Shown here piece after piece: positions 17,213 to 25,881 of a stretch of 28,468 nt of DNA. The stretch's first letter is position 1. Each line of letters starts with the position of its first letter. Position numbers and translations under genes: made by a program. This DNA is from an uncultured Clostridium sp. (GTDB lineage: Bacteria > Bacillota > Clostridia > Oscillospirales > Acutalibacteraceae). Where the stretch lies: contig CAZFHQ010000002.1 in assembly GCA_964519325.1 (NCBI GenBank), positions 1-28,468 on the forward strand, written 5' to 3'. A model generated the notes under the pieces. That model saw only the letters and a list, made by a program, of their open reading frames with translations, searched no databases and was not told the DNA's origin.

Positions 17213-17776
17213 ATGAAGCTATGTCTCACCTTATTTTTAACCTTTGCCCGCATTGGCGCGTTCACCTTTGGCGGCGGCTATGCCATGCTGCCCCTGCTCC
17301 AAAAAGAGGTTGTGGAAAAGCGGGGCTGGGCCACCGAAGAAGAACTGATGGATTATTACGCCATCGGGCAATGTACGCCGGGCGTTATCGCCGTCAACAC
17401 AGCCACCTTTATTGGCTTTAAGAAAAGGAAGATCCCTGGGGCTATCGCCGCTACACTGGGAGTGATCGCGCCGTCGATCATCATCATTCTGGTGCTCGCG
17501 GCGTTCTTCAATCATTTTGCCGATTACGCCGTCGTGCAGCACGCCTTTAACGGTGTCCGGATCGCCGTGTGCGCCACGGTTGCCGTTTCCATCTACAAGC
17601 TGGCACGCAAGGGCATCGTCGATCTTATTACGGTTCTGATCTTGATCGCCGCTTTCTGCGCCATGGTATTTCTCAACATTTCTTCCATTTATATCATTGT
17701 CGGCGCGGCAATCGTCGGCATCGTCGCCCGGATCATCCAGCGCAACTGGAAAGCGAAAAGGGGGAAATCATCATGA
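17213..17776 (+). CDS. Short-chain chromate transporter (CHR family) subunit 1
   Basis: FARIGAFTFGGGYAMLP and AIGQCTPGVIAVNTATFIG CHR motifs. Confidence 0.9.
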   Translation: MKLCLTLFLTFARIGAFTFGGGYAMLPLLQKEVVEKRGWATEEELMDYYAIGQCTPGVIAVNTATFIGFKKRKIPGAIAATLGVIAPSIIIILVLAAFFNHFADYAVVQHAFNGVRIAVCATVAVSIYKLARKGIVDLITVLILIAAFCAMVFLNISSIYIIVGAAIVGIVARIIQRNWKAKRGKSS

Positions 17777-18336
17777 CGTACCTGACATTGGCTTATGAAT
17801 TTTTCAAGGTCGGCCTGTTTGCCATTGGCGGCGGCATGGCGACCATCCCGTTCCTGATGGATCTGGCGGAAACGCAGCCATGGTTCACACCGGAACAGCT
17901 GACGGACATGATCGCCGTCTCCGAGTCCACGCCCGGCCCCATCGGCATCAACATGTCCACCTATGCCGGCTTTAACGCCGGCGGTGTGCTGGGCGGGCTC
18001 ATCTCCACCTTTTCCCTGGTATTCCCGTCGGTGATCATCATCTGCGTTATCTCAAAATTCATGCAGAAGTTCCGCTCCAGCAAGCTGGTAGACGACGCGT
18101 TCTACGGGCTGCGTCCCGCCTCCGCCGCCATGATCGCCGGCGCGATGCTCCAGGTGCTGCTGCTCTCCCTGTTCCACACAGATTTATTTGGCGCTGTGCC
18201 GTGGTATCAGACGCTGAATATCGGCGGCATTATTTTGTTTGCCATTATTCTGGCCGCCGCCATTTTCCTGAAAAAGCTCCACCCGATCGTGTTTATTTTA
18301 GCCGGCGCGGCGGCGGGGATCGTTTTTCAGCTATAA
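17773..18336 (+). CDS. Short-chain chromate transporter (CHR family) subunit 2
   Basis: FFKVGLFAIGGGMATIP and IAVSESTPGPIGINMSTYAG; ATG 17773 overlaps the subunit 1 stop. Confidence 0.9.
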   Translation: MTYLTLAYEFFKVGLFAIGGGMATIPFLMDLAETQPWFTPEQLTDMIAVSESTPGPIGINMSTYAGFNAGGVLGGLISTFSLVFPSVIIICVISKFMQKFRSSKLVDDAFYGLRPASAAMIAGAMLQVLLLSLFHTDLFGAVPWYQTLNIGGIILFAIILAAAIFLKKLHPIVFILAGAAAGIVFQL

Positions 18337-18352
18337 CATGCGGAAAGAACGC

Positions 18353-18378
18353 AACCCCCTCCTTCCCTGGAGGGGGTT
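18353..18378 (+). terminator. Hairpin after the chr genes, possible terminator
   Basis: AACCCCCTCC-TTCCCT-GGAGGGGGTT with only a short T tail. Confidence 0.45.
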
Positions 18379-18437
18379 TCCCGTAAGGCCGCGCCTTGCG
18401 GCATGATCTGAACAACAACCCGCATGGCAAATCATGC

Positions 18438-18474
18438 AAAAGCAGCGTTCGGCCTCAGGCGCCGGACGCTGCTT
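18438..18474 (-). terminator. Terminator after spoIIE
   Basis: 14-bp stem AAGCAGCGTTCGGC/GCCGGACGCTGCTT ending in TTTT on the minus strand. Confidence 0.6.
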
Positions 18475-18488
18475 GCGTTATGGGGGTT

Positions 18489-20849
18489 CTATTGTAATCC
18501 AGATGCTCTTGGCGACAGCCGGATGACCAGCGCTGTAATGTCGTCATCCCGCCCGTCGGCGCGGTATTGCGCCGCCTTTTCCACGATCAGGTTGGCAAGC
18601 TGGCTTGGCTCGCTCCCTTTCCAGGTTTTAATGACCTGGGCTACCCACTCCTCTCCCGCGGCAACTGCCCCGTCAGAGAACATGACCAGCAGGTCACCTT
18701 CGCCAATCCGTGCGGACGTTTTGCAAAAAACAGCTTCTTCCAGGATCCCAACCGGCAGGGAGATGGCGTCCAGGCGGTGAACTGCATCGCCCTTGCGCAC
18801 ATAACTGATCGGCGCCCCTGCCTTCATCAGCTGGATTTCGCCGGTAAACAGATCAATCGCAGCGACATCCAGCGTGGACAGCGTCTCCGCGCCGGACTTG
18901 ACCATCAGCGCCGAATTGGTGATGTTCAGGGCGCAGTCAAAGCCGACCCCTGCCTGGATCAGCTTGGCCATAATGCCAGACGCCATCGCGCCGTCCACTG
19001 CCGCCCTGCCTCCTGTACCCATTCCATCGCTGATGATCGCGATCTGTTTGCCTGTGCCGTCGTCAAAGCACACACAGCTATCACCGCAGAGAGATGCATT
19101 TTTGCAGCTGTGCTGCGCCACCCCGAAAGCCGCCTTGTAAAGCGGCTTCTCTGCCATCTGAAAGTGGCACTTTTCGCCGGACACGCTGACGCAGGGAAAG
19201 CCGAATTCCCGCCCCGCCGCGCGGGCGATCCCCCGCAGCAGCGACGCCTTTGTCAGCTTATGCCGGTCCATGATGAGCGTTTCAATTTCGATCAGCATCC
19301 GTCCTTCCTTATTGATTTTGCAGCTTACATCAACAGGCGTGATGGCGCAGTCATGCAATACCCCGTTGATTTTCCTTGCCATCGCCGTGTCGAATTTTTC
19401 ATAGAGCTTCAGTTCGGTCGCCATGTCCCGCAGCAGCCTGCCCGTGGTGGCAAATTGGTCGGTGACGACCGCCCGCACCTGCCGCAGCTTGCGCTCCGCC
19501 GATTCCCTTGCCAGATACGCCTGATAGTTGCGGTTCACCGCCTCCACCAGGCTGTCCTGTTTGGCACAGCGCCCGGCAATGGATTCCGGCAGATCCTCCC
19601 TGGTGATCCGCCCCTCCACCCGCAGGGTTTCCGTCATGGCCTGGCACACCGCGGCAGTCTCCCTTTTGGCAACGCCCCAGCACAGCGCTCTTCCGGTACA
19701 GCTTTCGCAGGCGCTTTCCATCGTTTTGCGGTATACGCTTTCGATGGTTGTGGTATCCACCTGGTTCAGCCGTTCCGAAACGGCCTCCACCGATTCCGAA
19801 ACGTTCTCCAGCGCCTCCGCCGCCACGCCCAACCGCATGACCACCGCGCGGCGCAGCCCTCCGCTCTGGGCCAGCTGCACCGGCTGCCGGAACACTGCCG
19901 CCAGCCTGCTGCCGGTCTTTCGCGGCCAGATCACAAAGATCAGCGAGGACGCCATGACCTCATAGATGCCGTTCATGACCGCCGTAAAGCTGCCCACCTG
20001 CAGGCTGCCGATCCCATTGGCCACCACAAAGGCGACCGCCGCAGCTACACGCCCCAGCGGGGCAAACAGGCCGGCGATCAATCCCGCAAAGGCCAGCGCG
20101 CCGGAGATCCCGTTAATGCCGGACGTCGCCAGCCCAAACATGGCTCCGGCCACAATGCCGGAGAGGCTGCCGCCGATCACGCCGCCATATTGGCAGGAGA
20201 ACAAAATCATCAGCACTGCCGCCACGCGCCCCAGGGAGATGACCCCGATCTGCACGGTCGAGAGGGACAGGATCACCACGCCCAGGGACAGGATAACGCA
20301 GGTCAGCTCGCTTTGGCTCAAAGCGCCCGGCGGCTTGCCTTCCAGGATGACCCGGCTGGTCTGGGTGAAAAAATACACCGTACCGGCGCCCAGCACCGAT
20401 TCCGTGATGTATAAGATCCATGTCTGCGCGGGGGACCCGTCCAAGATGGCCTGGGATGCCCCGGTGAGCAGCACCGGAACGAAGGCAATGGCCGGACCAA
20501 ACAGCAGGCTGTCCTTGATCCGTGCCATTTCCCCCAAGGTCCAGCGAAGCACCACCAGCAGGAACAGCGCGGCCAGGTACCGCCCGGAGGGCTGCACCGC
20601 GCCGGGGATCAAATAGCCCGCGGCGCTGCCCAGTGCGGTGGCCCACATAGCGCCTCTGGGGCAGCCTGCCGCCGCTGCAACGCCAAAGGGCGCGTGCCTG
20701 CCAAAGACTACTCCTCTGGCGCAAATCAGCCCGGCGGTAAAGTAGGCGCCGTGCAGCACTGCCTTTTGCAGCGCCGCCGACTCCATCCATTTTTTGCGGA
20801 GCCATTCGCCTGATTCCGCAAATCGTTTTGGGACCGCTCTCTCTTTCAT
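18489..20849 (-). CDS. spoIIE: Stage II sporulation protein E (membrane PP2C phosphatase)
   Basis: About 10 N-terminal TM segments, central CESC..RALCW region, PP2C motifs CGD, ISDGMGTG, TLDV, FSDG, DDITALV; 786 aa; AAAGGA RBS. Confidence 0.9.
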   Translation of the reverse strand: MKERAVPKRFAESGEWLRKKWMESAALQKAVLHGAYFTAGLICARGVVFGRHAPFGVAAAAGCPRGAMWATALGSAAGYLIPGAVQPSGRYLAALFLLVVLRWTLGEMARIKDSLLFGPAIAFVPVLLTGASQAILDGSPAQTWILYITESVLGAGTVYFFTQTSRVILEGKPPGALSQSELTCVILSLGVVILSLSTVQIGVISLGRVAAVLMILFSCQYGGVIGGSLSGIVAGAMFGLATSGINGISGALAFAGLIAGLFAPLGRVAAAVAFVVANGIGSLQVGSFTAVMNGIYEVMASSLIFVIWPRKTGSRLAAVFRQPVQLAQSGGLRRAVVMRLGVAAEALENVSESVEAVSERLNQVDTTTIESVYRKTMESACESCTGRALCWGVAKRETAAVCQAMTETLRVEGRITREDLPESIAGRCAKQDSLVEAVNRNYQAYLARESAERKLRQVRAVVTDQFATTGRLLRDMATELKLYEKFDTAMARKINGVLHDCAITPVDVSCKINKEGRMLIEIETLIMDRHKLTKASLLRGIARAAGREFGFPCVSVSGEKCHFQMAEKPLYKAAFGVAQHSCKNASLCGDSCVCFDDGTGKQIAIISDGMGTGGRAAVDGAMASGIMAKLIQAGVGFDCALNITNSALMVKSGAETLSTLDVAAIDLFTGEIQLMKAGAPISYVRKGDAVHRLDAISLPVGILEEAVFCKTSARIGEGDLLVMFSDGAVAAGEEWVAQVIKTWKGSEPSQLANLIVEKAAQYRADGRDDDITALVIRLSPRASGLQ

Positions 20850-20987
20850 ACTACTTTCCTTTCCCGTTTCCTAATTTTTATCGTCCCGGACAAGGCTTTG
20901 CCTGTTGGGCAGCGGCTGGGCCGCAAGGGAAGCGCCAGGGTCCTTTTCCGTTCCCAATGGCCGTCGGCAAAGCTTGTCCTTATCTTT

Positions 20988-21020
20988 AGTATACTTATAG
21001 TATAAGGAAACTTTTGTCAC
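20988..21020 (-). promoter_or_regulatory. Candidate Spo0A-dependent spoIIE promoter
   Basis: GTGACA-21 bp-TATACT, with a 5/7 0A-box-like TGTCACA at the -35 region. Confidence 0.35.
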
Positions 21021-21170
21021 AACTCGCTGTACTATTTTGTGAGTTTTTGTCTGTCTGTGGCGGCGCGTCCTGCGAAAGAGCCCCGCTCCGCTCCCCTCCT
21101 GTATCATCGCACCGGGAAATGGAGAGCCGTGCGGGGAAATGGATTTATTTTCTTTTCACCGTCCGGCTGA

Positions 21171-21199
21171 TTGATTCCCGCCGCTGTTTGTGCTAAAAT
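21171..21199 (+). promoter_or_regulatory. SigA promoter of the aminotransferase-trpS operon
   Basis: TTGATT-17 bp-TAAAAT with an extended -10 TG. Confidence 0.7.
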
Positions 21200-21270
21200 A
21201 AATTTGATATGCGCTCGGCGCAGCAACATCAGTCAACTGAAATTCAGATTAAAGGAAGTAGAACAATACC

Positions 21271-22470
21271 ATGGATTATCAACTGGCGGACCGTGTGTCC
21301 TCGTTAAAACCGTCTGTGATCAGAGAGATCCTCAAATATTCCTCTGACCCAACTGTGATCTCCTTCTCCGCGGGGAACCCCGCGCCGGAGGCGTTCCCCA
21401 CGGAAGAAATTACAAAAATTTCCGATGCGATTCTGAAAAAGAACCCCATTGGCGCGTTGCAGTACAACTATACCGAGGGCTACCCGCCCCTGCGCAAGAC
21501 GCTAAAACAATATATGGCAAACAAGCACCACTCTTTTAAAGAGGAGCTGGATGAGCTCATCATCACCACCGGCGCGCAGCAGGTGATGGACCTGGCCACC
21601 AAGGTGCTGTGCAATGAGGGCGATGTGGTGCTGTGCGAGGCGCCCACCTTCATCGGCTCTCTGAATACCTTCCGCTCCTACAACGCCGTGCTGCGCGGCG
21701 TACCAATGGACGACGACGGCATCAATCTGGAGGCCCTGGAGCAGGCCATGGAAGAAAATCCCGGCGCGAAGCTGCTCTATGTGATCCCCAACTTCCAGAA
21801 CCCCTCCGGCATCACCATGAGCCTGGCAAAGCGGAAAGGCGTCTACGCCCTGGCCAAAAAGCACAACGTCATCATCCTGGAGGATAACCCCTATGGCGAC
21901 CTGCGGGTCTCCGGCGAGTTCCTTCCCAATATCAAGTCGATGGACGAGGACGGCATCGTGATCTACGCCGGCACCTTCTCCAAGGTTATCTCGCCCGGCC
22001 TGCGGGTGGGCTATGCCATCGCGCCAAAAGCGCTGATGCAGAAAATGATCGTGGGCAAGCAGTGCAGCGACGTACATACCACCATTTTGTCCCAGATCAT
22101 CTGCGATGAATACATCAACCAGTATGACTATGAAGCGCACCTGCAAAACCTGGTCCAGATTTACACCAAGAAATCTTCCCTGATGCTGGAGCAAATCGAA
22201 AAGCACCTGACCCCACTGGGCGTCACCCACAAAAAGGTGGAGGGCGGCCTGTTCGTCTGGTGTACCCTGCCGGACGCCATCGACATGATGGAATTTTGCA
22301 GCGCGGCAGTACAGCGCAAGGTCTGCGTGGTGCCGGGGAACGCCTTCCTCACCGATGAAACGGCGCCCTGCCAGTCGTTCCGCATGAACTTTTCCACCCC
22401 GACCGACGAGGACATCGTCAAGGGCGTGGAGATTCTCGGCCAGCTTGCAAAAGAAATGCTGGCCAAATAA
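21271..22470 (+). CDS. PLP-dependent class I/II aminotransferase (LysN/aromatic aminotransferase-like)
   Basis: ISFSAGNP, ITTGAQQ, YVIPNFQNPSG, ILEDNPYGDL, GTFSKVISPGLRVG (PLP lysine). Confidence 0.9.
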   Translation: MDYQLADRVSSLKPSVIREILKYSSDPTVISFSAGNPAPEAFPTEEITKISDAILKKNPIGALQYNYTEGYPPLRKTLKQYMANKHHSFKEELDELIITTGAQQVMDLATKVLCNEGDVVLCEAPTFIGSLNTFRSYNAVLRGVPMDDDGINLEALEQAMEENPGAKLLYVIPNFQNPSGITMSLAKRKGVYALAKKHNVIILEDNPYGDLRVSGEFLPNIKSMDEDGIVIYAGTFSKVISPGLRVGYAIAPKALMQKMIVGKQCSDVHTTILSQIICDEYINQYDYEAHLQNLVQIYTKKSSLMLEQIEKHLTPLGVTHKKVEGGLFVWCTLPDAIDMMEFCSAAVQRKVCVVPGNAFLTDETAPCQSFRMNFSTPTDEDIVKGVEILGQLAKEMLAK

Positions 22471-22488
22471 AGCACAGGAGGAGACAGC

Positions 22489-23520
22489 ATGACAGCGATC
22501 AATGGCGGCGCAGCCCAGCCGCCCCAAAAGAAAACCATCTTCAGCGCCATTCAGCCCAGCGGCACCATCACCCTGGGGAACTACCTGGGCGCGCTGCAAA
22601 ACTGGATCAAGCTCCAGGACGACTACGACTGCATCTTTGCCCTTGCGGATCTGCACGCCATCACCGTCCGGCAGGATCCGGCCGCCTTCCGCAAGAACAC
22701 CATCGAGGCATACGCCCTGTTGCTGGCCTGCGGCATCAATCCGGAAAAAAGCCCCTTCTTTATCCAGAGCCAGGTACAAACCCACGCTGAGCTGGCCTGG
22801 ATCCTCAACTGCTACACCCAGTTTGGCGAGCTTTCCCGCATGACCCAGTTCAAGGACAAATCCCAAAAGCACAGCGACAACATCAATGTGGGCCTGTTTG
22901 CCTACCCCAGCCTGATGGCGGCGGACATTCTGCTTTATCAGGCGGACATGGTGCCGGTAGGCGACGACCAAAAGCAGCACCTGGAACTGGCCCGCAACAT
23001 TGCGGAGCGGTTCAACGGGGTATACAGCCCCACCTTCACTGTGCCGGAGCCGTACATTGCCTCCACCGGCGCGCGGGTCATGTCCCTCCAGGACCCGACC
23101 CGCAAGATGTCCAAATCCGACGAAAACGCCAACGGCTGGATCGGCATGCTGGACAAGCCGGAGGACGTCATGCGAAAATTTAAGCGCGCTGTGACTGACA
23201 GCGAGGGCGGCGTTTATGTCGGCGAGGGCAAGGACGGCATCAACAACCTGATTGGCATTTACGGCTGCGTGACCGGCAAGACCGCCGACCAGATCGCCGC
23301 CGAGTTCGAGGGCAAGGGCTACGGCGATTTTAAGGCAGCTGTCGGCGAGGCCGTTGTGGAAACCCTGCGCCCAATTCAGGAACGCTTTGGCAAGCTGATG
23401 CAGGACAAAGCCTACCTGACAAAGTGCTACACGGAAAGCGCGCAGAAAGCCTTGTACCTCTCTGCCAAAACGCTGCGCAAGGTCATGAAAAAAATCGGCT
23501 TTATCCCCAAAGAGTTCTAG
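22489..23520 (+). CDS. trpS: Tryptophanyl-tRNA synthetase
   Basis: SAIQPSGTITLGNYLGA, MTQFKDK, YPSLMAADILLY, VPVGDDQKQHLELAR, KMSKS; AGGAGG RBS. Confidence 0.97.
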   Translation: MTAINGGAAQPPQKKTIFSAIQPSGTITLGNYLGALQNWIKLQDDYDCIFALADLHAITVRQDPAAFRKNTIEAYALLLACGINPEKSPFFIQSQVQTHAELAWILNCYTQFGELSRMTQFKDKSQKHSDNINVGLFAYPSLMAADILLYQADMVPVGDDQKQHLELARNIAERFNGVYSPTFTVPEPYIASTGARVMSLQDPTRKMSKSDENANGWIGMLDKPEDVMRKFKRAVTDSEGGVYVGEGKDGINNLIGIYGCVTGKTADQIAAEFEGKGYGDFKAAVGEAVVETLRPIQERFGKLMQDKAYLTKCYTESAQKALYLSAKTLRKVMKKIGFIPKEF

Positions 23521-23634
23521 GCCGGCCCGCAAGGGCGGACACCCGTTTCTCACACGCGGGGGAGAAGCTGTTCCTGTTCCCCGCTTACACAACCGCGCAT
23601 AATAACGGGAGCAGCCCCCGAATCGCACCAGCGC

Positions 23635-23796
23635 AAAAGTTTCGTCCACCTTTTCAAAGGTGGCGGGGATGGGAGGGGCAGCGCCCCTTCCTCGCAGGCC
23701 GCAGCCTGCGAAACGCCCTCCAAAAAAGATCAGGAAGGGAGATAAACAGTCCGGCAGACTGTTTCATCGTGGGGTACCCTGTCAAGGGGTTGCCGA
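23635..23796. repeat. Hairpin-dense intergenic element, possibly a REP/MITE-like dispersed repeat
   Basis: Consecutive stems CCACCTTTTCAAAGGTGG, GAGGGGC-AGC-GCCCCTT, TCGCAGGC-CGCA-GCCTGCGA, AAACAGTC-CGGCA-GACTGTTT. Only one copy is in this window. Confidence 0.4.
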
Positions 23797-23930
23797 GACA
23801 TTATTTGTTTCCATTCCGTTTGAACGGTAGTTCGGCTCTTTCGGCTGCGCTTTCCACATTCCTGGAGCAGCGGCCTCTTGTTCAGGTCCCGCATCATCTC
23901 AATAATAATAATGGACACATAAACACATAA

Positions 23931-23957
23931 AAAAGGAGCGGTAATCCCGCTCCTTTT
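23931..23957. terminator. Bidirectional terminator
   Basis: AAAAGGAGCGG-TAATC-CCGCTCCTTTT. Confidence 0.8.
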
Positions 23958-23976
23958 GCTTTGCTCAAATTCTATT

Positions 23977-24504
23977 TTATGCGTGTGTCTGCTCGTTTTC
24001 CTGCTCTGCCCGCTGGGCTGCCATGGCCTCGTCCAGGGCCTTGTTCCGCTTGCCGAAAATAAGACGGAAAATAAACCGCGCGACTGGCCCGCAGTAAAAG
24101 AACTGCCAGAAAAATGCCATTGGGAAGGCCAGCGCCGCCGTTTGCAGCCAAACGGCAAAGAAATCGCCGTTGTAGTCCTTGAAGAACAGCGTGCCGAAGA
24201 AGCTCATCACCGGACACATGATGGCCAGCGTGATGCCCGAAATCACCATGGTGATGAGAAACGGCTGGGCGCGGCGCACGTCGAGGGTGCGCTTCATCCC
24301 CCACTGGGCAACCCTGCCAACGATGAGCACCTCGATGACAAAGGCGATGGGCGCCATGATATACAGCTCGTTAAAGGCCTCCAGCAGGATGAAGCTGTGC
24401 ATCCCGCCAACGCTGATAGCAATGTTGTAGACGATCATCCCGTAGACCATGGGGATGACCATAATGATGGTGAAAATGACGTCCTGGAATTTGTTTCTGG
24501 GCAT
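23977..24504 (-). CDS. DUF2798-like integral membrane protein
   Basis: AAAGGAGG RBS before ATG 24504; about four TM helices; MPRNKFQDVIFT..M..M start and FP.AFF.Q....GP.AR.IFR end resemble Firmicute DUF2798 proteins. Confidence 0.7.
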   Translation of the reverse strand: MPRNKFQDVIFTIIMVIPMVYGMIVYNIAISVGGMHSFILLEAFNELYIMAPIAFVIEVLIVGRVAQWGMKRTLDVRRAQPFLITMVISGITLAIMCPVMSFFGTLFFKDYNGDFFAVWLQTAALAFPMAFFWQFFYCGPVARFIFRLIFGKRNKALDEAMAAQRAEQENEQTHA

Positions 24505-24639
24505 AAAAAATCCTCCTTTAAATGATAACAAAGTCTGTTCAAAGTGTGTTCAGAGACTTGTGTTGTTCGTTATCATCCAATGGAGGATGTGCGTTACCAA
24601 TACTTCACCAATATTCTGATTGCAATTTCTGTTAAATAT

Positions 24640-24668
24640 ATTCTCGCATATTTTAGTAATATTGTCAA
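24640..24668 (-). promoter_or_regulatory. Candidate promoter of the DUF2798-like gene
   Basis: TTGACA-17 bp-GAGAAT with an extended -10 TG. Confidence 0.5.
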
Positions 24669-24687
24669 GGGATTTTGGAAAAATAAC

Positions 24688-25881
24688 TTAATCTGTGGGG
24701 CAAATATAGTTAAGACTGCCCACTGTTTTGCCGCCGCGCAGAAAAATCCGCGGGACACGCTTGCCCACAATGCAAACCATCTCATAGTTGATGGTGCCGT
24801 TGCGCTCGGCCAGCTCGTCAACAGAAATGACCTCGTTCCCATCCTTGCCGAACACCGTCACTGTCATTCCGGTCTCCACGCCGTCAATGTCGGTCACATC
24901 CAGCATGAGCTGGTCCATACAAACCCGGCCCACCACCCTGGCCCGCTTGCCGCACACCAGCATATCCGCGTTGTCATGGAGCTTGCGGGGATAGCCGTCC
25001 GCGTAGCCGATGGGTACGGTCGCCAGCTTTGTCCTGCGGTTGGCTGTGAACACCCTGCCGTAACTGACCGACGTGTCCGGCTCCACGGTTTTCAGCATGG
25101 AGATCACCGTTTTCAGCTCCATGACCGGCCGCAAGGGCAGCTTGCTGTGAATGGCCCCAGAGGGATGCAAGCCATAAATAATGATGCCGGGCCGCACCAT
25201 GTCCAGGTGCGTCTCCGGGTAATCGCAGACCGCGCCGCTGTTGGCGCTGTGGCGATACCGGAAGGTGACGCCCCGCTGCCGGAGCTTCTCCACCGCGTCC
25301 AGAAAGCACCGGAACTGCTTTTGCGTGTAGCCGCTGCCCGCCGCGCCGTCATCCGCCACGGCAAAGTGGGTGAAGATCCCCTCGTGCTCCAGATGCTCCA
25401 GCCGGCAAACCGACTCGATCTCGTCGATGCTGCCCTTGTCCCGCCTGCTGTCCTGATACAAAAACCCGATGCGGCTCATGCCGGTGTCCACTTTCACATG
25501 CACCTTCACCGTCACGTTGGCCTGCTCAGCGCACGCTGCCAGCTCCCTGGCATAATCCATGGAGAACACCGCCTGGGAAATGTTCATCTGGCTCAGCTTT
25601 TCCGCCATGGAGGGCGGCGTATAGCCCAGAATCAAAATCGCGCCGGTGACGCCGCCGCTGCGGAGCTGCTCCGCCTCCTCAATGTTGGAAACGGCAAACC
25701 ACCTGGCGCCCAGCTCCTCCAGCGTGCGCGCGACAAAGACAGCGCCGTGGCCATAGCCGTCCGCCTTGACGACCCAGCAGATCTCCGTTTCCGGTTTGAC
25801 CGCGCGGCGGATCACCTCGTAATTATTTTGCAGGGCGTCCAGGTTGATCTCCGCCCAGGTCCGCTTCAAAAACTCGTTCAT
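24688..25881 (-). CDS. alr: Alanine racemase
   Basis: TWAEINLDALQNN, VVKADGYGHGA (PLP Lys), HVKVDTGMSRIG, HSANSG, MVRPGI, SYG, IGYADG, GRVCMDQ; ATGGAG RBS before ATG 25881. Confidence 0.95.
   Translation of the reverse strand: MNEFLKRTWAEINLDALQNNYEVIRRAVKPETEICWVVKADGYGHGAVFVARTLEELGARWFAVSNIEEAEQLRSGGVTGAILILGYTPPSMAEKLSQMNISQAVFSMDYARELAACAEQANVTVKVHVKVDTGMSRIGFLYQDSRRDKGSIDEIESVCRLEHLEHEGIFTHFAVADDGAAGSGYTQKQFRCFLDAVEKLRQRGVTFRYRHSANSGAVCDYPETHLDMVRPGIIIYGLHPSGAIHSKLPLRPVMELKTVISMLKTVEPDTSVSYGRVFTANRRTKLATVPIGYADGYPRKLHDNADMLVCGKRARVVGRVCMDQLMLDVTDIDGVETGMTVTVFGKDGNEVISVDELAERNGTINYEMVCIVGKRVPRIFLRGGKTVGSLNYICPTD

Noticed and set aside
20878-20903. GGCAAAGCC...GGGACG resembling a c-di-GMP-I riboswitch start (also GGCAAACCC at about 17079)
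   Set aside because: No GAAA tetraloop, no GACGCAAAG junction and no room for P3.
21502-23649. 715-aa antisense ORF (similarly 4116-5762, 12597-14279, 14861-16360, 18567-20414, 24544-25962, 38-1057, 1148-2182)
   Set aside because: They shadow well-conserved genes on the opposite strand, as expected from GC-rich codon bias (few antisense stops), and show no recognisable motifs or RBS.
23730-23900. Minus-strand ORF MMRDLNKRPLLQ... (tail of 23730-24158)
   Set aside because: No RBS, it lies downstream of a terminator, and it runs into the hairpin element.
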